Shown: in pieces, positions 37,265-48,542 of the stretch
Layout of the letters: every line of letters begins with the position of its first letter
How positions within the stretch are numbered: the first letter of the stretch is position 1
Notes under the pieces: generated by a model
Seen by the model: only the letters and a program-made list of their open reading frames with translations
Told to the model about the DNA's origin: nothing
Database searches by the model: none
Assembly (NCBI GenBank): GCA_963676515.1
Contig: OY781061.1
Location: 1,377,777 to 1,441,776, forward strand
DNA from: Candidatus Cloacimonadota bacterium
GTDB lineage: Bacteria; Cloacimonadota; Cloacimonadia; G963667145
Direction of reading: 5' to 3'
DNA length: 64,000 nucleotides
Position numbers and translations under genes: made by a program

Positions 37265-37842
37265 CGTTTCTCGCCTCCTTTATTTAGTTCAGCCGACATC
37301 GTTTCTATGTTTTCATCATCGCTGTAATCTGTAAGAGAGTTCAGATAGCCAAATTCCCTCAAAGATTTTAGTTCTTCTCGCAAAAAGTTTCGCACTCTGG
37401 TGAGGATGCTTTCGACAGCTTTAGCGGTTAATTCTGTGATTTCGGCAATTTGCTTGTAAGAGAATCCTTGGTAAGTTTTTAGATCGAAGACATCTCTGTC
37501 TTTTTGTTTCAAGAGAGTCAGAGCTTTTTCTATTTGTAATTTTAGGTACAGATTTCTGTCTTGGTGTTGGGTGCTGATGTGCAGATTTTCTTTGAGCGAC
37601 CGCTCTTTTTTCTGTTTTTGCGTATTGTCGATGATTAGATGATAAGTGGTTTTGTACAAGTAGCTTTTGGGGTAGTTTATCCTTTCAAACTCGGGGAAGA
37701 TTTGCAAATAGGCGTTTTGCAAAATATCTAAACTTTTTTCGTTGTTTCGCACTCTTTTTAGGATGTAGTGGTACAATAGTTTAGATGTTTGATTGTAAAA
37801 ATCTTCAAACTCTTTTTGTTTTTTTATCTCTATTGTGCCCAA
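37261..37842 (-). CDS. ECF (group IV) sigma-70 factor
   Basis: Region 2 (LQNAYLQIFPEF...) and region 4 HTH (FSYKQIAEITELTAKAVESILTRVRNFL). Confidence 0.85.
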   Translation of the reverse strand: MGTIEIKKQKEFEDFYNQTSKLLYHYILKRVRNNEKSLDILQNAYLQIFPEFERINYPKSYLYKTTYHLIIDNTQKQKKERSLKENLHISTQHQDRNLYLKLQIEKALTLLKQKDRDVFDLKTYQGFSYKQIAEITELTAKAVESILTRVRNFLREELKSLREFGYLNSLTDYSDDENIETMSAELNKGGEKR

Positions 37843-38034
37843 AATTTCTCCTAAGATTTTTTTGTAGATTGAGGTTAAAGTCGCTATAAATCCGATAGAG
37901 TCAAGCTATAAAAAATACCCTCAATATTTATTGATTTTTGACAAAAAAAGAAATTTGACAAGTTGAAACTGATATAAAAAGTTGGGATTTATTAGTTTGA
38001 GTGTAATTTTAGTAATATTTTTTAAGGAGGCTAG

Positions 38035-39660
38035 ATGAAATCTTTTTGTGGCAATATTGTAGATCCTATTAGGAAGAAGATTTTCCCTGGTACTATAGAA
38101 GTAGATGAGGGGAAAATAGTAGCTATTACAGAAGAAAAAGGTAAAAGTTACGACAACTTTCTGTTGCCAGGGTTCGTAGATTCTCACATTCATGTGGAGT
38201 CGTCGATGCTCACTCCTGGGGAGTTTGGTAGGGTGCTAGTGAGATTTGGCACTGTGGCGACTGTGTCTGATTGCCATGAGATAGCGAATGTCAAAGGTGT
38301 GGAAGCTGTGAAGTATATGCTTAGTGAAGCAAAGAAAACACCTCTAAAGATATATTTTAGCATACCATCGTGTGTGCCAGCTACAGAGTTTGACTCTTCG
38401 GGAGCAAGGCTAGATGCTCCAGCTTTGGAAGAGCTGATGAAGATGGATGAACTCAAATATTTGGGTGAGTTTATGGATTTCCCAGGAGTGGTGAACTCGA
38501 CACCTCTGGTGCAAGCTAAGCTGGATATGGCGAAAAAATATGGCAAGCTCATCGATGGACACGCTCCAGAGGCTCGTGGAGAGCAAGCGAAGAAATATGC
38601 AGATGCGGGAATCTCCACCGACCATGAGTGCGTGACTCCAGAAGAGGCAATAGAGAAGATCGGCTATGGGATGAAGATACAAATTAGGCAAGGAGCAGCA
38701 GTAAAAAATTTCGATGACCTGATACCTATTGCTCACGAGCATTACGAAAACTGTATGTTTTGCTCGGATGATTTGCATCCCGATATTTTGGTGCGTGGGC
38801 ATATGAACCTTTTGGTGCAAAAGGCGATAAGACGAGGCATAGGGCTGTTCAAGGTGCTACAGATGGTGAGCGTGAATCCTGTGAAACATTATGGATTGGA
38901 TGTAGGCTTATTGCAAGTGGGTGACTCAGCTGACTTTATAGAGCTGGAAGATTTGCAATATTTTGAGGTGCTGCGGACGGTGATAGGCGGAGAGGTTGTC
39001 TATGAGCAGGGCAAGCAAATATTGCAATATCAAAAGCCTGAGCTGATAAACAACTTCGTGGCGGAGCTTCCTGCTAATCTGGATGTGCTAGCCAAAGAGG
39101 GCGAGATAAATGTGATTGAGCTAGTGAAAGACCAAGTTTTGACCAAATGGATTACGATGATTCCCAAAGTTGAAGGCGGGAAGTTAGTGTCCGACCCAGC
39201 TAGAGATTTGTTGAAGATGGTCAGTCTCAATCGCTATGAGGTGGGGGCGAAACCTGCCTTTTGTTTTGTGAAAGGATTCAACCTGCAAAAGGGAGCTATC
39301 GCTAGTAGTGTGGCACACGATAGTCACAATCTGCTGGCTATGGGCACGAACGACAAAGACATCTTGCGGGCTTTGCAGCTACTGATAGACAGTAAAGGTG
39401 GCGTCGCTTTCGTCGATGGAGAACAAGAGTTCATCTTGCCTCTGCCAGTAGGTGGAGTGATGAGTGACCGCCCTTATGAAGAGGTGAGCAAAGCTTATGA
39501 GAGATTGGAGGAGCTCGGTAGAGATGCTGGCACCGACCTTTTTTCTCCTTATATGAGTTTATCTTTTCTTACACTTTTGGTAATACCCGATTTAAAAATG
39601 AGCGACAAAGGTCTTTTTGATGCGGTGAATTTTCGTTTTGTAAAACTATATGCAGATTAA
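38035..39660 (+). CDS. ade: adenine deaminase
   Basis: 541 aa amidohydrolase; LLPGFVDSHIHVESSM metal-binding N-terminus; adenine-deaminase length and architecture. Confidence 0.8.
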   Translation: MKSFCGNIVDPIRKKIFPGTIEVDEGKIVAITEEKGKSYDNFLLPGFVDSHIHVESSMLTPGEFGRVLVRFGTVATVSDCHEIANVKGVEAVKYMLSEAKKTPLKIYFSIPSCVPATEFDSSGARLDAPALEELMKMDELKYLGEFMDFPGVVNSTPLVQAKLDMAKKYGKLIDGHAPEARGEQAKKYADAGISTDHECVTPEEAIEKIGYGMKIQIRQGAAVKNFDDLIPIAHEHYENCMFCSDDLHPDILVRGHMNLLVQKAIRRGIGLFKVLQMVSVNPVKHYGLDVGLLQVGDSADFIELEDLQYFEVLRTVIGGEVVYEQGKQILQYQKPELINNFVAELPANLDVLAKEGEINVIELVKDQVLTKWITMIPKVEGGKLVSDPARDLLKMVSLNRYEVGAKPAFCFVKGFNLQKGAIASSVAHDSHNLLAMGTNDKDILRALQLLIDSKGGVAFVDGEQEFILPLPVGGVMSDRPYEEVSKAYERLEELGRDAGTDLFSPYMSLSFLTLLVIPDLKMSDKGLFDAVNFRFVKLYAD

Positions 39661-40861
39661 ATTTTGGTCACAAAAGAAATTTTCAAGAATTAGAAAATCT
39701 TTTTTCGCCAAGCCACAGTGGAGATATATCAATCTATTCCCTTTAGCTTTGCGGGGCTATATTCGCAATAATTGTCAATTTCATGCGTCGGCACTGACTC
39801 TTTATACTTTGCTGGGATTTGTACCTATCTTGGCTTTGGCTTTCGGAGTAGCACAAGGTTTCGGTGTGAAAGAACTTCTGCAGGAGCAGATAATCGCCCA
39901 AGTGCCTCAGCAGGAGGTGATCTTACAGAAAATTTTCACTTTTTCTCAAAACCTTTTGGAACGCACCAGAAGTGGGGTGATGATTAGCATTGGATTGGGG
40001 CTACTTTTCTGGAGTTTGCTGTCTATATTGTGGCAAATGGAAAGCGTGTTCAACCAAATCTGGCAACTAAAAAAAAATAGAACGCTATCTAAAATGCTCA
40101 CCGATTATCTTTCGGCGATGGTTATTTTGCCCATTTTGTTTATTGCTTCCAGCAGTGCCAATATTTTTTTGAGCTCTCAGCTGAGCAAAATAATGTCTAA
40201 AGGCTATTTCGGGAAATTTTTTGATTCAGCTTTGAGCATCCCGGCAAAAATATTTCCCTATTTCATCATCTGGGTTTTGTTCTCTTTTCTCTATGTTTAT
40301 ATGCCCAACAAAAAGGTTAAAATCGGCTATGCGATAGTGGCTGGTGTGATAGCAGGTTCTTTGTACCAGTTGACGCAGTTTTTTTACTTTTGGTTGCAGA
40401 TTGGTCTGTCTTCTTACAATGCTATCTACGGTAGTTTTGCCGCTATTCCGCTGTTTTTGATTTGGATGCGGACTAGTTGGATGATTATTTTGTATGGAGC
40501 GGAGTTTTCTTTTGCTTTGGAAAACTATAATATCCATTACGGAGGAAACATCCAAAGAGAGATAAGTTTTCGGCAAACTTTTGTTTTGTCTAGTAAGATT
40601 ATCCGCTTGATTTCCAAAAATTTCGATACCTTGCAGGGACTCACTGATTTAGAGTATCTGTGCAAAAAATTGCGTCTACAAAAAACTTTGGTACTTAATG
40701 TGATCGAGCATCTGGTGGAACTGGGGATACTGGTGCAGGTGAAAACCAGCAAAAGAGAAAAATACTACTATACTTTGGCGATGCCCCAAGAAAAGCTGAC
40801 TAATAAACTTCTTTTAGATAAATTAGCTTCCAAAGGCGAGAATCGTCTGATAGCTGTCTAG
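39650..40861 (+). CDS. YihY/BrkB (virulence factor BrkB / RNase BN-like) family membrane protein with C-terminal extension
   Basis: N-terminal region ASALTLYTLLGFVPILALAFGVAQGFG typical of YihY; 6 TM; ~100 aa soluble tail. Confidence 0.75.
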   Translation: MQIKFWSQKKFSRIRKSFFAKPQWRYINLFPLALRGYIRNNCQFHASALTLYTLLGFVPILALAFGVAQGFGVKELLQEQIIAQVPQQEVILQKIFTFSQNLLERTRSGVMISIGLGLLFWSLLSILWQMESVFNQIWQLKKNRTLSKMLTDYLSAMVILPILFIASSSANIFLSSQLSKIMSKGYFGKFFDSALSIPAKIFPYFIIWVLFSFLYVYMPNKKVKIGYAIVAGVIAGSLYQLTQFFYFWLQIGLSSYNAIYGSFAAIPLFLIWMRTSWMIILYGAEFSFALENYNIHYGGNIQREISFRQTFVLSSKIIRLISKNFDTLQGLTDLEYLCKKLRLQKTLVLNVIEHLVELGILVQVKTSKREKYYYTLAMPQEKLTNKLLLDKLASKGENRLIAV

Positions 40862-40969
40862 CAGGAACATTTCAAAATATAATCTTAGATATCTATTTAC
40901 AAAAAAACTATGCTTTTGAGTATTGACACTTGGAAATTATGAGTGTTCTATCCCAAAAAAAGAGGTATA

Positions 40970-42712
40970 ATGAAAATATATTCTAAATACATCAAAAAAA
41001 TCGTTGCTCGTTGCAAAAGGTATAAAGAAAATTATATTACTTATAAAGATTTGCACGAAATCTTGCCTAAAGATCCCCTCTTCATCGATTCTGTAGATGA
41101 GATTATCGAGGAGCTGGCAGCCAAGGGTATAATGACTGTTGATGAGACATCGGTGAAAGAGACAAGAGAGCAGATAAAGGTCAAAGAGACCCAAAAAAAA
41201 CGCCGCATAGAAAGATTTGATGATGCGGTGAAGATGTATTTGAAAGAGATAGGCAAGATACCTCTATTGGACAAACAAGGCGAGGTGGAGCTATCCAAGA
41301 AGATCGAGTCTGGTCAAAATAAGATAAACAAGTTTATTTTCATTTCTGGAAGTACTCTCAAAGAGTTCCAAAACTTCAAAGTTCGTTATCTGGAAGGTAG
41401 GATCAAGCTGGAGCAAATTTTGAAGCTGAATTTTGAGAGCTGGATGGATAAGGAACGGACTGACCAAACTTTTGAAGAGTTTTCTAAAAATTTGGCGAAG
41501 ATAGATAAAAAATTTAAGCAGATCGGTGTGATGCTGGATAAGTACAAAAATGTGGAAGAGAAAGAACAGCAAAAGATCGACAAAGAGATAGAGAAGATTA
41601 GAGAAAAAATAGTAGAAATCTATGAGATGATGAAGTTCAATAAAAAAATGGTTTCTCGTGCTATTTATCGGATTAACTCTTTGGCAGAGAGGATTATCGA
41701 GAGTAAACAGACTATTCGCGAGATTGCGAAGGTTAAGACTTACACGGTTAATGAAATATGCTCTTTTGGACGGCAAGCACAGAAGTCCCAAGAAGAGTAC
41801 AAGGCTGTGGAGAAAGAGACAGGCGTGGATGCCGAGGTTTTTGTAGAGGTGCTGAGGAAGATAAAAAATGCTAGACGGAAGATGCGGAGAGTGGAGCTGG
41901 AGACGAAGCTCAGGTCGCCAGAGATGCTGGATATTTTAGAGAAAATCAACAAAGGTGAGCGAACTAAAGAAATCTCTAAGAATAAGATGATAGAAGCGAA
42001 TGTGAAGCTGGTAATAAGTATCGCTAAGAGGTATAACAACAAGGGTTTAGACTTTTTGGATTTGATACAAGAAGGGAATCACGGGCTGATGAATGCCGTG
42101 GAGAAGTACGATTACCGCAAGGGGTACAAGTTCTCGACCTACGCTACTTGGTGGATTAGGCAATCTATCAGTAGAGCTATTGCCGACCAAGCCAAGACGA
42201 TCAGGATTCCTGTGCATATGATAGAGTTGATAAACAAGCTCAACAGGACGCAGAGGCGATTGGAACAAAAGTTAGGGCGGAAGCCGTATATTAAAGAGGT
42301 GGCTGCGGAGTTGGAGCTGGCACCCGAGAAGGTGAAGACGATTATGTCTTTCACGCCGGACACTGTGTCGCTGGATAAGCCCGTGGGTAACGATTCTAGT
42401 GAAGACACAATTTTGAGTGATTTTATCGAAGATTCTAGCACTATTGCCCCAGAGCGGGTGGCTGAGCGGACATTGCTGAAAAAGCAGATAGATGAGGTGC
42501 TGCGGACTCTTACTCCTCGGGAGGAGAAGATTTTAAGGCTTCGCTTCGGGATTGATGATGGTTATCATAGGACTTTGGAAGAGGTCGGTAGCATTTTCAA
42601 TGTGACCAGAGAGCGGATACGGCAGATAGAGAATAAGGCTTTGATAAAGCTGCGGCATCCCACACGGATACATCTGTTGCAGAAGTTTATAGATAATTAT
42701 AATATTAAATAG
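40970..42712 (+). CDS. rpoD: RNA polymerase primary sigma factor (sigma-70)
   Basis: Regions 1.2 to 4.2 present ([37 protein letters not shown]; IRIPVHM; [23 protein letters not shown]). ATG 40970 has RBS AAGAGG upstream. Confidence 0.93.
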   Translation: MKIYSKYIKKIVARCKRYKENYITYKDLHEILPKDPLFIDSVDEIIEELAAKGIMTVDETSVKETREQIKVKETQKKRRIERFDDAVKMYLKEIGKIPLLDKQGEVELSKKIESGQNKINKFIFISGSTLKEFQNFKVRYLEGRIKLEQILKLNFESWMDKERTDQTFEEFSKNLAKIDKKFKQIGVMLDKYKNVEEKEQQKIDKEIEKIREKIVEIYEMMKFNKKMVSRAIYRINSLAERIIESKQTIREIAKVKTYTVNEICSFGRQAQKSQEEYKAVEKETGVDAEVFVEVLRKIKNARRKMRRVELETKLRSPEMLDILEKINKGERTKEISKNKMIEANVKLVISIAKRYNNKGLDFLDLIQEGNHGLMNAVEKYDYRKGYKFSTYATWWIRQSISRAIADQAKTIRIPVHMIELINKLNRTQRRLEQKLGRKPYIKEVAAELELAPEKVKTIMSFTPDTVSLDKPVGNDSSEDTILSDFIEDSSTIAPERVAERTLLKKQIDEVLRTLTPREEKILRLRFGIDDGYHRTLEEVGSIFNVTRERIRQIENKALIKLRHPTRIHLLQKFIDNYNIK

Positions 42713-42727
42713 TTTGTGAGAAACCGC

Positions 42728-42760
42728 CTTTTTTGGGCGGTTTTTTTTGTTAAAAAAATA
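42728..42760 (+). terminator. rho-independent terminator after rpoD
   Basis: aaaccgcc-tttttt-gggcggtttttttt. Confidence 0.8.
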
Positions 42761-42787
42761 AGTGTAACGAAAGAAAATTTATTTATT

Positions 42788-42966
42788 ACCTTTCTTGTTT
42801 TACTGATAAAAAAGAAAGGTAACGCCAAAGAAAAAAGTCAAAGTCATAAACCTCAATTCTAACTTGCAAAACTACCTTCACAGTGGCTGTAATTCGGGCT
42901 TAAATTCTTTTACAGCAAGTCTAAATAAGAGACCTAAGCTCTGCCATACAGCCACTAACTCAGTTT
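42788..42966 (+). repeat. long inverted repeat, copy 1 (~180 bp; partner at 59101..59297 on the opposite strand)
   Basis: Aligns at ~85% with the reverse complement of 59101..59297. Each copy begins with a compensatory 11-bp hairpin (ttacctttctt...aagaaaggtaa). Confidence 0.8.
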
Positions 42967-43415
42967 TTTAAAGCAAGTTCACGAATATCGGCTTGAATGA
43001 CTTGCTAGCCCAGCCAATCCCTGCGGGACTCTTTGGGCTTGTGCTTCTTTACTAGCTAGAGCGAATTTGGGGCGGTGTCGTGGTGGCGGTCTTACCTGCT
43101 AGGTAGGATGGGGACTCTCTCCGCTTCACGGGCTAGAGCCAGAGATTAAACCATTATCTGTAGAACTGCAAAACTAACTCTATAGAAAATCATATCGCTA
43201 AGAAGAACTCTCGGAGGTGCTCTTTACCACGGAACTCCGTAAATACCTCACGCAACCCTCTGGCGTCTTGAAGCGGAGCGGTTTTCTTTTCTCCTCTATC
43301 TTTTCTTTGAGCGTTTAAAGAAAAGATGGAGTCCAGCTGAAGGCTAAAAAGCAGCGACTCCATAGGAAAAAGAACCTGCGAAAGCAGTCATCTGTCTCCT
43401 CTGTGTTCCCACTAG

Positions 43416-43690
43416 CCCTCATTCCCGCGGACGCGGGAATCCATTCTCTTTAGCTTGCTCTCCTGACGGAGGGTCTTACTTTTCCCTTTGGTTGACCAAA
43501 GCGAAAAGTAACAAAAGGTAAAATCAAAATACCAAAGCTGTAAGCTAAATTCTAAACCGAGCTCGCACGCTGAAAGGCTTGTGCTAGAAATCATAATTGT
43601 CTTAATAGAGGTGATATAGCACTTCGTCGTCAGCGTAGCTCTGGGCGGTCAACGAATTTTACGCATTCCGCTTTAAGTATTTGCTAGCCC
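43416..43690 (+). repeat. repeat module M1, copy B
   Basis: Near-identical to 8221..8493; hairpin loop GGAC instead of GAAA. Confidence 0.85.
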
Positions 43691-43691
43691 G

Positions 43692-43810
43692 TCCCATCCT
43701 TTTTTATCGCTCCCAAGCTCCAGCTTGGGAGTGTATATGTTTCAATAAATTGACTGTATGTTTTGTTTCGTATGCATTCCCAAGTAAAACTTGGGAACGA
43801 GGAAAAAGAA
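43692..43810 (+). repeat. repeat module M2 (TTCCCAAGC-TCCA-GCTTGGGAA hairpin ... cattcccaagtaaaacttgggaacgagg)
   Basis: Also at 59320..59425 and partially at 58556..58625; reverse-oriented partial copies at 8745-8775 and 8846-8900. Confidence 0.8.
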
Positions 43811-44329
43811 GAAAAATAAGACACCGCCCCATCATCCGTAGAGACGCCCAAATTGGGCGTCTCTACCATCATACCACTCGTTTTGTGTTACTACCCAGCC
43901 CTCATTCCCGCGGACGCGAGAATCCATTCTCTCACACGATGCTATCAAGAGGCAGGGTAGGTATCACTTTTGGCATAAGTTTGAGCATAAGAAAAAACCA
44001 GTATCTATTCGCCGTCAGACGACACTCCTCAGTACACAACAAAGCTTATGGACATTACACGGAAGGAGCTCTACTCCGTTGGTTCGCCTCACTCTCCTCT
44101 CGCCGCCCTTATAAGCGAGTTTATGCCAAAAGGAACTTTTCTTTTTGTTTCGGTTTTTCCTTTGGTTACAAAAGAAAAATGAAAACCACTCTGGTAAGAG
44201 AGCAAGCCGAGAAAAAACAAAATTACGCCGAAAGCGATAAATGCCAAAAAAATCTCTTGACCTTTTTTTTATCGTGTTTAGTTTTCGGGAATATTAACGA
44301 AAGTATTATGCATTCGACAAATAAGGAGT

Positions 44330-46369
44330 GTGACAAAAATGAAAGAGACTCGTAATTTTTTTTTGGTGGGCGGACAAGGTGCTGGTAAGACTACCTTTTG
44401 TGAACAGGTGCTGGCAAATGCTGGCGTGATTGGGCGAGCTGGCAATGTGGCAGAGGGGAACACGGTGATGGATTTCTCGGCTCAAGAGATAGAGCAGGGG
44501 AGTTCTATAAACCTGTCGCTGGCTCAGTTTGACTGGAAAGGCACGAAAGTGAATTTGCTAGATACGCCGGGGAATCCCGACTTTGTGGGCGAGCAGATGG
44601 TGGCTACCAAAGCCGCTGAGTCGGCGGTAATCTTCGCCAGTGCTAGTGCTGGCTATCAGGCTAGTTTGGAGCTGGCTATCGGCAAGCTGGAAGTGATACC
44701 CGAGGTTTGCAAAGCTATCGTCATCAATAAGATGGATCAGAAAGATGCCGACTTCGATGCTGTATTGCAGCAGATCAAGCAGCATTCCAACCTGTCACCT
44801 GCTCCGATTTGCATTCCCATCGGTCAAGGAGCTAATTTCCAAGGAGTAGTGCATCTCATACGGCAAAAGGCTTACATCGATGGCAAGGAGCAACCGATAC
44901 CCGCAGAGATGAAATCTAAGGCACAGGAAGCTTTGGATATGCTCAATGAGGCTGTGGCTCAGACATCTGAGCAGATATTGGATATCTATTTGGAAAAGGG
45001 CGAACTAGACCAAGAGCAGCTGCTGCAAGGGCTGAAAGATGGTATCCGAGAGGGACAGATCACACCGGTGTTTGCTTGTGCAGCTAGTCAGGACAAGGCA
45101 GTGGGGGTGACTCTGGACTGTTTGATCAGGGAGTTGCCATCGCCACTGGAAGATAATAAGATTAAAGTGCTAAAAGATGGGCAACCGACTTTGGTGGACG
45201 CCGATGAGAACGCACCGACGCTTGCTTATATCTACAAATCTATTTCGGAAGAGTCGGTAGGCACGGTTTGTTTCGTGCGAGTGATGTGTGGCAAGTTGTG
45301 CTCGGGGCAAACTCTCTATGTGCCAGAGATAGGGAAAAAAGTGAAGATTGGCTCATTGCACAAGACAGTAGGCAAGAAGCGGAAAGAGGTGCAAGAGCTG
45401 AGTGCGGGGCAATTGGGAGTGTTGGTGAAGCTCAAAGATTGCCAAAGCCTGAACACTTTAACGCAAGACGATAGTTTGCAGGTCAGACCGCCAATGTTGC
45501 CATCACCGTATGTCTGGAGGACTATCGTAGCGGAGTCGCAGGACGATGAGAACAAGCTGGGTGAGGTGTTGGAGAAGGTGTTGCAAGAGGACAAGACGCT
45601 GCATCTGGATTACAACGAAAAGACTCGCCAGTCGGTGCTATCGGGCATCAGCCTGACTCAGCTGGAGATGCTCAAGAAGAAGCTGAGCGATGTTTACGGC
45701 GTGAAGTGTAACCTGTGTGAGCCGAGAGTGCCTTATATGGAGACGATCAACAAGAATGCACAGAGCCATTATCGGCACAAGAAGCAGTCGGGTGGTCGCG
45801 GTCAGTTTGCGGAGGTTTACTTTCGAATATCGCCAGTGAAGAGGGGTGAGGGCTTCAAGTTCAAATCTTCGATAGTGGGTGGTGTGATACCCAGAGGTTT
45901 CATCCCAGCTATCGAAAAAGGTCTGAAGGAGACTGTCGCCAAAGGTATCGTGGCTGGTTATCCCGTTACGGATGTTATGGCGGAGGTGTATGATGGCTCT
46001 TATCATGCGGTGGATTCCAGCGAAGCAGCTTTTAAGACAGCGGCGTCAATGGCTCTCAAAGAAGGCTTTATGTCGGCTCAGCCAGTGATATTGGAGCCTA
46101 TCCATACCGTGCAGATCAATATTCCTGCCGAGTATATGGGCGATGTCATCAGCGATTTGTCGTCTCGTCGCGGGATGGTCAGTGGGATGAACCAAAAAGG
46201 GAAGAACCAAATAATAGAGGCGGCGTTGCCACTTTCGGAACTTTTTAGTTATTTCCCTATACTAAAATCTCTGACTCAAGGTAGAGGTAGGTTTGTGCAG
46301 GAGTTTTCGCACTATCAGATAATGCAACCAGATTTGGCTAAAAAATTGATAGAGCAGAAAGATAACTAG
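44330..46369 (+). CDS. elongation factor G paralogue (EF-G2-like translational GTPase)
   Basis: G1 GGQGAGKTT (atypical versus AHIDAGKTT), G3 DTPG, G4 NKMD; domains IV and V conserved (HAVDSSEAAFKTAASMALKEG). Confidence 0.8.
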   Translation: MTKMKETRNFFLVGGQGAGKTTFCEQVLANAGVIGRAGNVAEGNTVMDFSAQEIEQGSSINLSLAQFDWKGTKVNLLDTPGNPDFVGEQMVATKAAESAVIFASASAGYQASLELAIGKLEVIPEVCKAIVINKMDQKDADFDAVLQQIKQHSNLSPAPICIPIGQGANFQGVVHLIRQKAYIDGKEQPIPAEMKSKAQEALDMLNEAVAQTSEQILDIYLEKGELDQEQLLQGLKDGIREGQITPVFACAASQDKAVGVTLDCLIRELPSPLEDNKIKVLKDGQPTLVDADENAPTLAYIYKSISEESVGTVCFVRVMCGKLCSGQTLYVPEIGKKVKIGSLHKTVGKKRKEVQELSAGQLGVLVKLKDCQSLNTLTQDDSLQVRPPMLPSPYVWRTIVAESQDDENKLGEVLEKVLQEDKTLHLDYNEKTRQSVLSGISLTQLEMLKKKLSDVYGVKCNLCEPRVPYMETINKNAQSHYRHKKQSGGRGQFAEVYFRISPVKRGEGFKFKSSIVGGVIPRGFIPAIEKGLKETVAKGIVAGYPVTDVMAEVYDGSYHAVDSSEAAFKTAASMALKEGFMSAQPVILEPIHTVQINIPAEYMGDVISDLSSRRGMVSGMNQKGKNQIIEAALPLSELFSYFPILKSLTQGRGRFVQEFSHYQIMQPDLAKKLIEQKDN

Positions 46370-46503
46370 TGAGATGATTTCATTTTTTTCTCAATAAAAT
46401 ATTGTCCCTTGTTGTTTTATCGTTTTGCCAAAAAATTGTTTGACAGCAAGGGGCTGTCTTAAAATGTGGACTGGTAGTAGCTTTGTCTACCGGATGTAAA
46501 AGG

Positions 46504-46589
46504 GCGAGAGTGGTGAAATTGGTAAACGCACTGGATTTAGGATCCAGCGAGCTATGCTCTTGGGGGTTCAAGTCCCCCCTCTCGCACCA
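46504..46589 (+). tRNA. tRNA-Leu (anticodon TAG)
   Basis: GCGAGAGTGGTGAAATTGGTAAACGCACTGGATTTAGGATCCAGCGAGCTATGCTCTTGGGGGTTCAAGTCCCCCCTCTCGCACCA; long variable arm. Confidence 0.85.
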
Positions 46590-46668
46590 ATTTTCTTATT
46601 TATCTATTTTTTTCTGTCGGTAGTAGAGGACATTTTTATGATTTTAGATGCAGGAGTTAGGAGTTTTG

Positions 46669-47946
46669 ATGGATATTCAACTGAAAGAGATTAGTTTGTG
46701 TAAGAGAGAAGTTACGGTCGTTTTTCCGACCGATGTGGTGAACAAAGAGTACCAAAAATCTTTGAAAAAATACGCCAAGATGGTTAATATTAAAGGTTTT
46801 AGGAAAGGTAAAGCCCCTATAGCTTTGGTGGAAAAAAGCTATGGCGAGGGGATAGCTACTCAGTTCAGAGAAGATTTTGCGTCGGAGCAGTATAAAATGG
46901 TGGTGGACGAGCTAGACCCCAAGCCTCTTACTGCGGGGAGCATCGTAGATATTCAGCCGCAAGAGAGCGGAGAGTTGGAGATTAAATACTCTTATCAAAT
47001 AGCACCGAAGTATAAAAAGATCGACTATGATGGTGTGCAGATGGTGTTTGAAGAGAGGAAGGTTGGAGCCAAAGAGGTGGATGAGGAGTTGCAAAATCTT
47101 CGCTACAAGCTGGGGAAATTGGTGGAGATAGACTCTACGCCCAAAAAAGGCGACACTATTTACGCTGATATGAAATTTGTGGCTAGTGGCAAAGAGTTCC
47201 AAAGAAACTTCATTTATGGTAGCACTCCTTACGGCAAGAAGTTTGAGGATGACCTCAAGGGTGTGAAAGTGGGCGATGAGCTGACTTCACAGATGGATTA
47301 TAGCAAAGAAAAAGATGCGTCGGATATGAAAGAGGTGGAGCTAAAGATTACCGCTATCAAAAGGCTGGACTTGCCGAAAGTTGATGATGAGTTGGCAAAA
47401 GATGGTGGATTTGAAGATTTGAAAACTATGAAAGCTGAAATAAAGAATGAGCTCAAATCTAAGATGGAAGTGGAGTCAATTATTGCCAAAAAGCGAGCTA
47501 TGGTGGCTTCTTTGCACAAAGCGAGCGAATTGGAAGTGCCTCAAGATATGGTGATGGAGTACGCTCAGCAAATGGCAGAGCCTTATGTGAAAGCTTACAA
47601 ATCGAAAATCTCTGGGGTTATGCCGATGTTTATGCAGATGGCAGAGGCTCAGCTTCGTGAGATATATGTGCTGGAATTTTTCCGTGAAAATTTGGGTGTG
47701 AAGCTCACGGATAACGAAAAAGAAAAGTTCATTAAGCAAAATGCAGATGGAATGAAGATGGATTTGGTTGAGTACAAAGAGAAATATAAAGATAGCATCG
47801 CCGAGGAAAAGAAATATTTTGCTCCAGCTTTGGAAAACAAAATTGTGGATAAGGTGGTCAAGAGTATGGAAGTGGTGAGTCCTGAAGATGCGGAAAAGAA
47901 AGCTACCGAGAGCCAAGAGAAAAGCGAAAAGAAAGAGGCTAAGTAA
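46669..47946 (+). CDS. tig: trigger factor
   Basis: N-terminal ribosome-binding domain (GFRKGKAP motif); classical position upstream of clpP-clpX; ATG 46669 with RBS AGGAG. Confidence 0.88.
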   Translation: MDIQLKEISLCKREVTVVFPTDVVNKEYQKSLKKYAKMVNIKGFRKGKAPIALVEKSYGEGIATQFREDFASEQYKMVVDELDPKPLTAGSIVDIQPQESGELEIKYSYQIAPKYKKIDYDGVQMVFEERKVGAKEVDEELQNLRYKLGKLVEIDSTPKKGDTIYADMKFVASGKEFQRNFIYGSTPYGKKFEDDLKGVKVGDELTSQMDYSKEKDASDMKEVELKITAIKRLDLPKVDDELAKDGGFEDLKTMKAEIKNELKSKMEVESIIAKKRAMVASLHKASELEVPQDMVMEYAQQMAEPYVKAYKSKISGVMPMFMQMAEAQLREIYVLEFFRENLGVKLTDNEKEKFIKQNADGMKMDLVEYKEKYKDSIAEEKKYFAPALENKIVDKVVKSMEVVSPEDAEKKATESQEKSEKKEAK

Positions 47947-48542
47947 TGTCCTTTGTACCGATGGTGGTGGAGCAATCTGGTCGTGGTGAGCGAGCTTACG
48001 ACATATTTTCTCGTTTGCTGAAAGACAGGATTATCTTTATCGGCTCGCAAATCGACGACACTTTGGCGAATCTTGTTTGTGCCCAACTTTTGCACTTAGA
48101 AAGCGAAGATCCGCACAAAGATATTTATATTTACCTAAACTCTCCTGGAGGAGTAGTAACTGCGGGGTTGGCTATCTATGACACGATGCAGTTTGTCTCT
48201 CCCAAAGTCTCCACTATCTGTATCGGGCAAGCTTGCTCTATGGCGGCGGTGCTACTGGCAGGTGGAGAAAAGGGTAAAAGATTTGCCCTGAAGAACGCTC
48301 GGGTGATGATTCATCAACCTCTGGGCGGTATGCAGGGGCAAGCTACGGATATAGAAATACATACAACTGAAATATTGAAAGTCAGAGATAAGCTAAACAA
48401 GATACTGAGTCAGCACACCGGACAAACTTTGAAAAAGATAGAGAAAGATACAAATCGTGACTTCTTTATGTCGGCGAAAGAGAGTGAAAAATACGGTATT
48501 TTGGATAAGGTGCTGGTGGACAGGAGCCAAGTAAATGAGTGA
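47946..48542 (+). CDS. clpP: ATP-dependent Clp protease proteolytic subunit
   Basis: Catalytic Ser region GQACSMAA; RIIFIG; 198 aa. Confidence 0.95.
   Translation: MSFVPMVVEQSGRGERAYDIFSRLLKDRIIFIGSQIDDTLANLVCAQLLHLESEDPHKDIYIYLNSPGGVVTAGLAIYDTMQFVSPKVSTICIGQACSMAAVLLAGGEKGKRFALKNARVMIHQPLGGMQGQATDIEIHTTEILKVRDKLNKILSQHTGQTLKKIEKDTNRDFFMSAKESEKYGILDKVLVDRSQVNE

Larger units (their letters stand above)
42775..44300. repeat. repeat island B: mosaic interspersed repeat modules (long IR copy 1, M1 copy B, M2 copy, hairpins); non-coding
   Basis: Shares 100-300 bp blocks with islands A and C. The 224-aa ORF 43681..44355 is a spurious, Arg-rich reading of the repeats. Confidence 0.85.

Noticed and set aside
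42775-44300. tmRNA, RNase P RNA or SRP RNA hidden in repeat islands
   Set aside because: No tag-reading frame with the tRNA-like 3' end (ssrA), no GGAAAGUCCGGGCU / ACAGAANCCGGCUUA RNase P cores, and no SRP domain-IV motif were seen. I cannot exclude a novel structured RNA, which is covered in the repeat-island finding.
43681-44355. 224-aa ORF on the + strand spanning repeat island B
   Set aside because: Arg-rich, low-complexity translation that runs through repeat modules M1 and M2 found elsewhere as non-coding copies; no RBS and no domain features.
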